Notes under the pieces: model-generated | What the model saw: only the letters and a program-made list of their open reading frames with translations | Told to the model about the DNA's origin: nothing | Databases searched by the model: none | Source: the human T2T-CHM13v2.0 reference genome, Homo sapiens | NCBI RefSeq assembly: GCF_009914755.1 | Contig: NC_060927.1 | Direction: 5' to 3' (one strand) | DNA length: 64,000 bases | Made by a program: the position numbers and the translations under genes | Shown: piece by piece, positions 1 through 13,515 of the stretch | Position numbering within the stretch: position 1 is the stretch's first letter | Layout of the letters: every line of letters starts with the position of its first letter

Positions 1-14
1 AATTTTAGTTGTAC

Positions 15-36
15 GTGTGTGTGTGTGTGTGTGTGT
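15..36. repeat. (GT)11 microsatellite
   Basis: Direct reading. Confidence 0.95.
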
Positions 37-1265
37 ATGGTGGGGAGGGACAAGGCAGAAGCACAGTTCGAGAAGCCTGACACCCACTCTTTGCAGAGGG
101 TATTTTACAACTAAGGAAGCACAGGCTTTGAGCGATGGAATCTTTGTATTGTGAACTACCAAGCTTTTTGGTATCAATCTTCTTGCAATAATACACTTCA
201 CGTTTCAGTGATGTTTAAAAGTGCGTGTTTTGATTATCTTTAAGTATTCCAGGTATATGTGTGCTTTCTATAATAATAAACAGAAGCCAATACTTGCATA
301 CTGGTTGAAATCTGGTGCTTTTTAAAGTTTGCATGGACAGGTTGTTATCCAGTTGCCATCCAGCTTGTCCACCAGGTGTGTTAGGGATGGGCTGTGAGCA
401 CCAAAGTGCGAGGCCTATAGTGGAACTGATAGAGTAATATCAACATTTTAAACTAATTAGATGAGGAAAAAGCATTTCACAGAAGGCGTGATGGCTTCTT
501 GCCCTCCAGCTGGAAGGTGGCAGAGCATAATTGGAGTTAGAAAGCTTTTTACCATCAGTGATTTAACTGAGCACACTTGAAGGACACCCAGGAGTAATGC
601 ATTAACTGTTTTGTTTTTGTCAAAAATAAGCCCAGGTGTAAGACGGGACTCCTCAGCCAGAACTTAAACCATCCTAGTAAGGAGAAATCAGGAAACCAGC
701 CATCTAGCTCTTATTTTTTAGAGCACCTGCTTGTGTGTGCTTTGAGGATGCTGTGGGGCCAAGTTCAGCCAGGGCCCCTTATTTTGTGGAACTTCTGTTT
801 GGTGGGGGGAGATAAAGAAGAACTAAGTAGAACTCAAAGAGTAATTCCAGGCGGTGACAAGTGCGTGGAGAAGGTAAACTGAGGCAGCGAGTGCTGTTAG
901 ATGGTGTGGGGCGGTGAGAGGCAGCCTCCTGACTGAGGAAGGCCCACGGGACTGAGAGATAGGAGCAGCCCAGGTGAACAGTGAGCAAGGCACAGTGTGC
1001 AGTGAGCAAGGGAGAGGGCTGCAGATAGGGCCTGGGAGGGAGGAAGGAGTGTGTTTCTGGTGCGATGGTGAAGCAGCCAGAGGCGTGTTCAGCAGAGCAG
1101 TGACCTTATGGGGACAGGCATGGTCTCTGGGCCCAGGGGGGCTGGCTTGGGAGCCTCTGCCGCCTCCTCCTCCCTGCAGCCTCAGCCAGTGGCAGTGTCC
1201 CTTCCCCTGGGTTCTGTCTGAGCTGCCTCCCACCCTGCCCTGGGCTAGGGAGTTGATGGACACCA

Positions 1266-1732
1266 TAGTAGGCTGGACATGACCACCTGGAGATACCAAG
1301 TCCTAATCCCTGGAATTTGTAAAGGTTATCTTATTTAGAAAAAGTGTCTTTGGAGGTGTAATTAAATATTGTGAGATGAGGAGATGACCCTGGATTATTC
1401 AGATGGGCCCTAAATGCTCTCACAAGTATCCTTTTAAAAGAGAGGCAAAGGGAGATGCAGACACACAGAGACGAAAGGGATGTGAAGACAGAGGCAGAGA
1501 TCAGAGCGAAGTGACTCCAGCTGAGGAACAGCAAGGAATGCCAGCAGCCACCAGAAGCTGGAAGGGGTGAGGAATGGATGCTGCTTTGGAGGGAGCCTTT
1601 GGAAGGAACATGGCCCTGCTGACATGTTAATCTAAGATGCATGGCCCTCAGAACTGGGAGAGAATAAGTTTCTGTTGTTTTATGTCAACAGTTTGTGGTA
1701 GTTTGTTACAGCAGCCCCAGGAAATTAATATA
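1266..1732 (+). mobile_element. MaLR solo LTR, MLT1C/D-like
   Basis: gtcctaatccctggaa...ctggattattcagatgggccctaaat...agaactgggagagaataagtttctgttgttt...gtttgttacagcagcc...aaattaatata resembles recalled MLT1 consensus. Confidence 0.85.
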
Positions 1733-1737
1733 GGCCT

Positions 1738-1973
1738 GAGAGACAGAGAGAGACAGAGAGAGAGAGAGACAGGTGTTAGGGAGAGAGGTGTGTTAGAGAG
1801 AAAGAGATGTGTTAGAGAGGTAGAGAGAGAGGTGTGTTGAGGGGGGTGTTTTAGAGAGAGAGAGGCGTGTTAAAGAGGTGTTAGAGGTGTATTCGGGAGA
1901 GAGAGAGAGGTGTGTTAGAGAAAGGTGTGTTAGAGAGAGAGGTGCATTAGAGAGAGGTGCGTTAGAGAGAGAG
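1738..1973. repeat. GA-rich minisatellite, unit approx. (AG)nGTGTGTT
   Basis: About a dozen degenerate AGAGAGGTGTGTTAG units. Confidence 0.9.
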
Positions 1974-2484
1974 GTTTGACTCCCCAAACTCCTGGAAAGC
2001 CCAAGGGTGATGGAGACCACGCTCCCACTTTGTGGGACTATCCCCTTCACATCTCTTCTCTTTGTGCTTCAACCAGGCCTGGCTTAACAGTGGGCGTCTC
2101 CCACTGTCACACCCCAGGGGCTGGACTGGCCACCTCTTGTGGATAAGGGTGGCGTGCAGGTGGACTGTGACCACCTAGACTGGCACATGCATGGGGCAGC
2201 TGCATCCGTCTCAGCTGATGCTGCCCTGTGGGATGTGGGACCAGTGGGGTCAGATGTCTAGTTTTCTCAGACAAGCCTGAAAAAAATATGATTTGTTTTA
2301 AAACATGACCTGTCTTGGTATTGAAAGCTGGCTTAAGTTTTTAAATCTGCAGGTCCAATTTGACCCTAGGGTGAGGTGAAGGGTTCTGTTTTGTAACTTC
2401 TGTCTTACAGTTTTTATTTCTCCTAGATGTTAGCATATTAACCCCCCAACACATTTGTATGACTTGGAACAGGATTTTAGTCAG

Positions 2485-2947
2485 TGTGTTAGTTTCTTTT
2501 TGCTGCTGTAACAAATATCACAAACCTAGTGGCTTAAAGCAACATGAATTTATTATTTAGTAGTTCTAAAGGTGAGAAGTCCAAAATTGATTTTATACAA
2601 GGACTAAAATCAAAATGTCAGCAGATCTCTGTTCCTTCTGGAGGCTCTAGGGAAAAAGATATTCCTTGCTTTTTCCAGCTTCTAGAGGCTGTCCTTGGCT
2701 TGTGGTCTCTTCCAGCGGTGGCATTACACCAGCCCCTGCTTCTCTCTCCTTCACTGTCATCTCCCTCTCTCTTATAAGGACCTTGTGACTACACTGAGTC
2801 CACCCAGATAATCCAGGATAATCTCCCTATCTCAAGATCCTTAATCCCATTTGCAAAGTCTCTTTTTTCATGTAATATTACTTACATATTCACCAGTTCT
2901 GGGGATTAGGACATGGACATCTTTGGGGGTATATGGTGCCCTCCACA
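2485..2947 (-). mobile_element. MaLR solo LTR, MLT1 (C/D/E-like)
   Basis: tgtgttagtttc...gctgctgtaacaaat...ggcttaaagcaac...ccagataatccaggataatctccc...ccaca. Confidence 0.85.
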
Positions 2948-3029
2948 GTTAGTGACCCATATTTTCCTGTAGATCTCATGCCCTGCATATGAAAACCTCT
3001 TATGGCAGCCCTGTCTCTCTCTTACCCAC

Positions 3030-3240
3030 TTCAATGCATGCTGGAGCTGCCTCGTACCAGCTCTCAAGAGCTGATTGTGCTTATCTTTTCCCAATTTTGT
3101 GTTCAGTGAAGTGACTTCATGTTGGTAGCTTGAAGGTGGCCAGAGTGAAACTATTTACACCTTGGAAGTCAGCAAATGCTATGGCTCAGGGCTTCCTACC
3201 TCTCCCCCTACTCTTTAACCTGGAGAGCTGGACACCATTG
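3030..3240. mobile_element. hAT-Blackjack MITE, MER63-like
   Basis: tgctggagctgcctcgtaccagctctcaagagctgattgt and tatttacacc..ggaa..cagcaaatgcta resemble recalled MER63 consensus. Confidence 0.55.
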
Positions 3241-4499
3241 ACTTGCACCTATTCATTTGGGCTGGGATTCCTGCCTTTTGGGATATCCGCTCTGTTTTTC
3301 TAGGGACTGCCATCTCATGTTTGGGGAGATGAATGTGGATGTTTAGAAGCATTATGGATACCTCCTTATGGAGACCTTTATTGACATCTGCCTGAACTCT
3401 GTAGGTTTGGATAGTGAACCATGTACCCCTTGGGTTTCTCTTCCTTCGGGGGGATTTTTGCTCATTTCTACTTGGCATTACAATCTTTTTTTTCTTCTCA
3501 TACAAGGGACGCGTTACTTATGTACTGGCTTTCAGCAGGTGACCTCCCTGCATAAGCATTTTGGGCTTATTTCCTGTGTGTTTCAGTGTTAGAGGACCTT
3601 CCGGATCCCTCTCTGTGTTTTGACATGGATAGATGGTGTGTTGGTGCATTTGTGTGGTGGATTTAGTCCTGTTGAAAGCTTGGTGGTTGTGCTCACTCAT
3701 AATCTGCAGAGCCTGGTTGAATAGGGCATATCTGGAAACATGCTAACAAGGTGGTGGCAATTAATTAAGAATTCTTCTTAATTAAAAAAAAACTACTATC
3801 TTTCCTTACTAACCGAGAGATACTTGTAGAATAAATATTCAATGAAAACCTCAAGCCTGTTTTTGCACTTGGCATTTTATTGTGCTAACTGTGCCTTTTG
3901 AATCTCTAAAATTGTGTTTGCTCTTCTGTTTCTTAATGGAATTTCAAGCAACGTTTTGATTGAGAACTTCCATACAAAGGACTGCTTAAAATATGAAAAA
4001 AATTGTGGTTTTTTCCTTTTATGTCAATAATTGGTTAATTGTTTCTTGGTGGGTCCTAAGAATGTGTCTTCCAACTTCATTTCAGTCGGTCTGCTCTGAT
4101 AGCACCAGTATTTTTCTCGCATGGATTGCAAGCGCATTTGAGACATAATTGCTCTTATCAGTTAGGTTTTCAGTAAAGTCTCATTAATTAAGCGTGTGAT
4201 TATTATCTAACATTCCCTGTATATAGAAAGTTTGTTAAAATAAGTTTTCAAAAAATGAAAACTGACCAACATACAGGTGAATTTACAAAAGCTGAGATGC
4301 TAATGTAGCACTAAAAGAATGACAGATGATCAGCTTAGAAAACGAAGCCACACTCGAATGGGACAACTGGGTCCAAAAGGGCTCTCTAGCTGGAGGACTA
4401 GCAGGGCTCAGGCATGTGAACTTCTGCCTTAGTGCTCTTCCCACCATCCCAGCAGCCTCTTCCAGGCTGGGCAGCCTGGAGCCTCAGCACCCCCACACC

Positions 4500-4770
4500 T
4501 GCTGCTTCCTCTGCATGAGGCCCTTCCTCTAGCTTCAGGTCTTAGCCCCCATCGTCCCTGTCCCAGGAAACCCTCCCTGGCTACTGAACCACTTGTCTCC
4601 TCCTGTAGCTCTGGTTACAACCGTGACACGTTTGGGCTGTCACCTCTTCTTCCCTGTCTTCTCTCCAGAGCCAGGGCTGAGGGTGTCCTGCTCAGCTATG
4701 CTGCTGAGTCCAGCACAGTGCTTGGCCCAGAGTAGGTTCTTAGGGATCATTTATAGAGTGCGTGACTGAG
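4500..4770 (+). mobile_element. L2 3' end fragment
   Basis: cagcacagtgcttggcccagagtaggttct is a typical L2 tail motif. Confidence 0.5.
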
Positions 4771-5509
4771 TGGCTTCCTGCCTTTCCTGCTGCTGACCCT
4801 AGGCTCATCTAAGATGCTGAGATATTATGCTGAATTTGCCTACGAGGCCTTGGGTGGGAATGGAGGGGGTGAGAAAGTAGGTGGCTGGCTGGAGGTGAGG
4901 AAGAATTTGCTATTCAACCAGCAGACATTTATCCTGTCTCCTCCATGCCAGGCACAGGCAAAGCGCTTTGAGTGCATTTCCGCATTTCATTTTCACAACC
5001 ACCCCAAGAGGTAACCTTTAATTTATGCTGTAGATATTAGCACCCACCTGTGGCAGGCATTTTGTTGAGTGCTGAAGATACAGTAATTAAAATCCATGAG
5101 TCTTTGACTTCACGCAGCACATACTCTAAAACGTTCAAATGTTAGTGGTGAGAGGGTGGGATCGTGGGAATGGTACCGTCATGACTAAAAATTCCAATTA
5201 TTTAGTTTCCATTTGAGATTACCAGCATATTTTATGATTATAGTTTATTCTACTTTGGATATTTAAAGTTGATTAACTCAGCCTCTTTCACAATTATTTT
5301 CACTAGGTACTGTCATAATTTTGAATGTCTAACTGGTAGCTTGCCTTTAACAAGAACCATTTGCGGTTGTTCCAAATGTGAACATTACATCTCTAAGAGA
5401 GTTAATCCAAATTGAAACCTGCTGAAATACATGAATTATTAAATTAACATATTATAGATTAGGTCATTGTTTTGGGGAAGTTTTACTAGAGAGATTTTTG
5501 TAATTTTTA

Positions 5510-5989
<480 letters not shown>

Positions 5990-5997
5990 TAAAAATT

Positions 5998-6485
5998 TGT
6001 ATTTGTGAGAGTTTTTCAGAGAAGCAGAATCAATATAAGGAATGGGCTTATGCAATTACGGAGGCTGACAAGTTTCAAGATCTGCAGTAAGCAAGCTGGG
6101 GATCCAGGATAGCTGATGGTGTAGTTCCAGTCTGAGTCTGAAGCCCCCAGAACCAGGAGAGCTGGTGATCTATTTCTTTCTGAATGCTAGTAGGCTTGAG
6201 ACCCAGGAAGAGTTGATGTTTCAGTTCAAGTGTGAAGGCAGGAATAAGCCAATGTCCTGAAGGCAGGAATAAACCAATGTCCCAGCTCAAGGCAGTGAGG
6301 CAGAAGGAGTTTTCTCTTATTCAGCCTTTTTGTTCTATTGAGGCCTTCAACTGATTGGATGAGGCCTATGTACATTAGGGAGGGCAATCTTCTTTACTGA
6401 GTCTGCTGAGTCAATGTTGACAAATAAAACTAAACACACTAACCCTGTGCCCCAGTCAAGTTGACAAATAAAACTAAACATCACA
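5998..6485 (-). mobile_element. ERVL solo LTR, MLT2 family
   Basis: TG...CA ends with perfect 5-bp TSD AAATT (5993-5997, 6486-6490); MLT2 motifs ggaggctgacaagt..caagatctgcag and gccttcaactgattggatgaggcc. Confidence 0.9.
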
Positions 6486-7033
6486 AAATTGTTTCTAATC
6501 CCACTACAATGTCTTTATTGACCTTAGGGTCATTTATAACACTCAGTTTCTAAACATTTGTGGAATTTTCTATTTCATAAGTTATTGATTGCTACCTTAA
6601 TATCACTCTGATCAAAATTTATTCTGATTTCAATCCTTTGAACTTTGTGAAATTATGATATAAATCAATAGTGACAACTTTTCTGAGTCTCTGTTTGTGT
6701 TTTTTATTTTAAGGAATACGTAGTTAAGTTTTGATTTTTAAGAAATCTGTAATATTTTTAACTTTTAGAGAATTTAATGTACTTATAATTAATGGAATTA
6801 CTGATATGTTTGAGTTTAAATGTCATATTATTGTTTTTCATTTGTCCCATATGTTCTGTGTTACTTTTTCCTCTCCATTCTTGCTTTGTTTTGGATTAAT
6901 CAAGCATGACTTTATTCAGATTTGTTTACCTTTACCACCTTGTTAATTAAATCTTCTTATTTTATTCTTTTGATGCTTACCCTAGATATTACAAAGTGCA
7001 TATTTAACTAGTTTAAGGTACTTTACTGTATTC

Positions 7034-8500
<1,467 letters not shown>

Positions 8501-8822
8501 TATATGAATATTTCAAGAACCTTGGAACACTTTCACTTCTTTTGCCTCTCTCTTGTCTTTCGTGTTGTCATGTATGTCAGGTCTCTCTTGTTTTAAATTC
8601 CTATTAGATATTAAACTTTAAGATATTATTCTTATTTCATACAAAGTGTGTTTAGATTCACATACACATTTACCTTTTTGGTTGCTCTTTATTCTTTCTC
8701 ATGTTTCAGATTTTCATAAGGGATAATTTTCTGCAAATTTCTATGGTGGTACTAATGTCAGTTAAAAAAAAAATCTACCCTGCTTAGATTCCCGAAGCTT
8801 CCTGAATTTGTGACTGAATATC

Positions 8823-9210
8823 TTTTTTTTTTTTTTTTTTACTTTATATATATACTTTAAGTTCTAGGGTACATGCGCATAACGTGCAGGTTTGTTACAT
8901 ATGTATACATGTGCCATGTTGGTGTGCTGCACCCATTAACTCATCATTTACATTAGGTATATCTCCTAATGCTATCCCTCCCCACTCCACCCACCCCACA
9001 ACAGGCCCCAGTGTGTGATGTTCCCCTTCCTGTGTCCAGGTGTTTTCATTGTTCAATTCCCACCTAAGAGTGAGAAGATGCGGTGTTTGGTTTTTTGTCC
9101 TTGTGATAGTTTGCTGAGAATGATGGTTTCCAGCTTCATCCATGTCCCTACAAAGGACATGAACTCATCATTTTTTATGGCTGCATAGTATTCCATGGTG
9201 TATATGTGCA
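8823..9210 (-). mobile_element. 5'-truncated young L1PA (about L1PA3/4): ORF2 end plus 3' UTR
   Basis: polyT, ctttaagttctagggtacatg...; exact 16-bp TSD TGACTGAATATCTTTT at 8811-8826 and 9211-9226. Confidence 0.95.
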
Positions 9211-10194
9211 TGACTGAATATCTTTTATCACCTTCTGAAATTTCTTAACCACTGTGTTTTTAAAAAGTGCTTCCTACCGGTTCTCTTTCTCATTTCCCCT
9301 TGTGGGACTCCATGAGGTTAGACCTTTTCACAATATCCTCTGTATCTGTTTTGCAGTTTCCTATATGTTTCCCATATGTTATTTTTATTGTGTGTTAATC
9401 TGAATATTTTCTGTTGACTTATCTTTTAATGCACTGACATTCTTTAACATTGTATCTGATTTACTGTTAAACACATCTTTTGTGTTTGAAACCTCTTAAT
9501 TTCTCAGTTCAAGAATATTCACTTGGTTTTTCTTACAGACAACAATTATTTGGTGAAATTTACAATCTTATTTTTTTGAACCTATTAATTATAGTTATTT
9601 TAAAGCCTGTGTCTGATGACCTCAAACCTGTATCACTGGGGTTCTGTTTCTATTACGCTTTTTTTTTTTCTCTTGGCCCTGTGTATTGATATGCTCAGCA
9701 ACTTCAGACTGAGTGGTGGACATTGTACTTGGAAACTTGTAGAGGCCAGGGTCTCTGCATTGATATTTCTCCAGAGAGAATTTTCTTTAATTTCCGGAAA
9801 GCACTGAGACTAGGAGCAGTGAGTTCACCTTCACCGGATTGGGGACTGAACTGACAGGAGCCTGGGTGTCAGTCTTTGTATGACTGGTCTATTTCTGACT
9901 GGCCCTTACCAGCAGGGTGTAATTCTTCAGTAGTCCAGACTGAAAGCCTGGAGCGTTTACCAGCGTTTCTCAATGTCATTGGCACTGAACTCCAGTGTTT
10001 TTCTCCCCAGCATCGTGAGACTGATGATAGGTCTGTTTCGGTTTTCTGCCTTTTGATAGCTACTCTCAGTTAAGCTGTGCTGCCTCTCTAACCATGATAC
10101 TTGTCCCAGGTAAATATCAAACCCCAGGAAGAGGGAAATGGCTCAGACTGTAAGGTTATCCTCTCTGCAATTCCCCGCCTCCTGCCCCTGATGC

Positions 10195-10536
<342 letters not shown>

Positions 10537-11434
10537 TAGCTCTGAACTCCAATTCCTGTCTTCCAACCCTGCTAGTCCTATAACACTGCCGAAAGCTCTG
10601 TTCAGCTTCTCAGCCTTCAGCCACGTGGCTTTTGATTTATCCAGTGCCTCAAAGAGGAGAGCAATGTAGAATGTTGAGTTCACCTCAGGAAGTTTCTATT
10701 TTTTTTCCAGAAATTTGGCCTCTCAACTTCTGGCTGCCTTGATAGGTCTACAGTTCCTCCAAATACATATTATCTGTACTTGATCTAGCTTTTCTAATTG
10801 TTCTCAGTAGGAGTGTTTGTCTCCTATAGTCTAGTCCATCATTGCAGTAAGCAAAATTCAGGGATAGCTTTTACTTTTAGTAGGAAGCAGCTATGTTTGG
10901 TAGAGAGAGCTCTGAACTCAAGTTAAACACAGAATGAATCTCCTTTGTCCTGGCAGACCGGCAGGGTCATTGTGAAGATGGCAGAACATGTTGATACGTA
11001 AAATCTGCTAACAACATGAATAGAACAGTACAAATGTTATGGAAGTCACAGTTGAAAATGAACCAAGGTCTTGGGGTTAACAATATGTTACTGTGTAGGG
11101 GCTATGTTTTCACGTTCAGGATCTGGGTGTTTGGCACCGGGAGAAATGTCCAGCACCGGGATTTTGCTATGTGCTAGGCCCCTTTTTGTGCGCTTCCTGG
11201 GGATAAGCTATTAGGCCACATTTAGTAGCCTCCTAAAGTTCACTAGTTTACCCAGCTTGCAGTGTTTCATTTGCCCATGAAGTTGTTTACTTAGGGACAG
11301 AAAAAAAAATAACAAATTTTTAGTCTTTTAGAAGAGTAAAATTTGGTTTTTTGGTATTCCTCGGGAGAGTGAAGAGTGGAGAAATTTTGCAAGGGGACAA
11401 GACAGAGCCAAACATTTCAGCTATTGTCCATGGC

Positions 11435-11730
<296 letters not shown>

Positions 11731-12075
11731 TGTCCACGTCTCTTTTGGTCACCTCCCTGCTCCCTTTCATGAAGCTTGACAGAAGCTGTTCTTCTGAGCC
11801 ACCCATGCTCATCTGAAGCAGAACTGACTTGCATTGGAAAGCAAATGGAGCTCCTTTCTTGGTTGAGTACTTTGTTCTTTGTTCTACCATGTTCTTTGCA
11901 TGGTCTCGGTCCAGCAGAGCTCTGTGGATCCTCTTCTATTTCAATTTAAAGTTTATGTGTTTAAGGGATTTTGTGTGACCCTTTCCAAGACCAAATTTCT
12001 GCCTTGTAGCTTAGACACTAGGGACAGTAGAATAGTGGACTTTCAGAGCTTCCAGAGACTTGGTCTATTCTCCTG

Positions 12076-12350
12076 ATTTTATAGATGAGAAAACTGAGGG
12101 CTGTTCAAAGGTTCAGTTTGGCTTCCTTCACAGGATGGTATAGCAGAAACCGGGAATCAGATCCTGACTGTGCCACTTAACTGGTTGCAATCTTAGAGAG
12201 ACATCTAACCTCCGAGTGAGTTTTGATTGTATGGCCTGTACAAGAATAATGAGAAGGATGAGAATGATACCTGCCTGTCACTGAGAATTACACAGAATGC
12301 ATATGAATCACCTAGGCTGGTCACCACTAACTGGTGCTAAAAAGATTAAA
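12076..12350. mobile_element. MIR fragments
   Basis: ttttatagatgagaaaactgagg core, followed by an opposite-orientation MIR-like piece. Confidence 0.55.
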
Positions 12351-13072
12351 CAAGTATTTATTGACTTGCCAGACTGTGGTGGGAACATGGGCCCTGTCTT
12401 TGAGGAGGTGGCCATGGTCTAGCAGTCATCTCTTTAGCAACTTCATGGGGATTCTAGTCTTTTATTTCACACATGAAATTCAGACCTTGAAGTCAGAACC
12501 CTGAGAACAAGGACTTGTGACCCATTTTATCTGCAACTTTATTCTTTCTCCCATTATTGCTCTCAGCAGGCCTCTCCTGATCTCCACCAAGGTGTACACT
12601 ATGGAAACTGGATAATAGCCTCAGTCTGAATTGGGAGATGACAGAATCACTGTTTCACAGAGGAATATTACTGCCTATATTGTCAAGCATGGAGTCTGGG
12701 TTTTCAATTTGGGCTTCAGACATGCCAGAGCGACACAGTGCCCTGCCGCTCTTCTCTGCATGAGCAGCTCACATTTGTTTTCATGGAAGACCCTGAGATC
12801 TTTCCAGAGGCCAGTTGCATCAGCACATTTGTGTGTCTCAGATACCTCCAGGGCGCTGGGTATCTCCCGTGGAGTCAGAGCTTCCTTTGTGCTGTATGGA
12901 AGATTCAGGAATGAATGCATACGTTTCCTAAACCAACAACACTGCTGGAAGGCTTGATTTCCTTTCTTTCTTGTTTGGGTGCTTTGTTCTACAATGGTGA
13001 TTCTATTTTCCTTGATCTTTGTAAGGCCTCAAGGGCTCCTGGTTTCTATGAATTTGAAAGTATTTCAGCTAA

Positions 13073-13373
<301 letters not shown>

Positions 13374-13375
13374 AA

Positions 13376-13515
13376 ATTTTTTATTTTTTATTTTTAGTAG
13401 AGACAGGGTCTTGCCATGTTGCCTAGGCTGGCCTCAAACTCCTGGCCTCAGGTGATCCTCTCACCTCGGCCTCCGAAAGCGCTGGGATTATAGGCATGAA
13501 TCACCATGCCCGGCC
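13376..13515 (-). mobile_element. FLAM / Alu left monomer
   Basis: tttttagtagagacagggtcttgccatgttgcctaggctgg...cccggcc. Confidence 0.85.

Noticed and set aside
823-1299. 158-aa and 102-aa overlapping ORFs in a GC-richer patch (similarly 27679-28212 and 55620-56404)
   Set aside because: Low-complexity Pro/Gly/Ser/Leu composition typical of chance ORFs; no recognisable domain or exon structure
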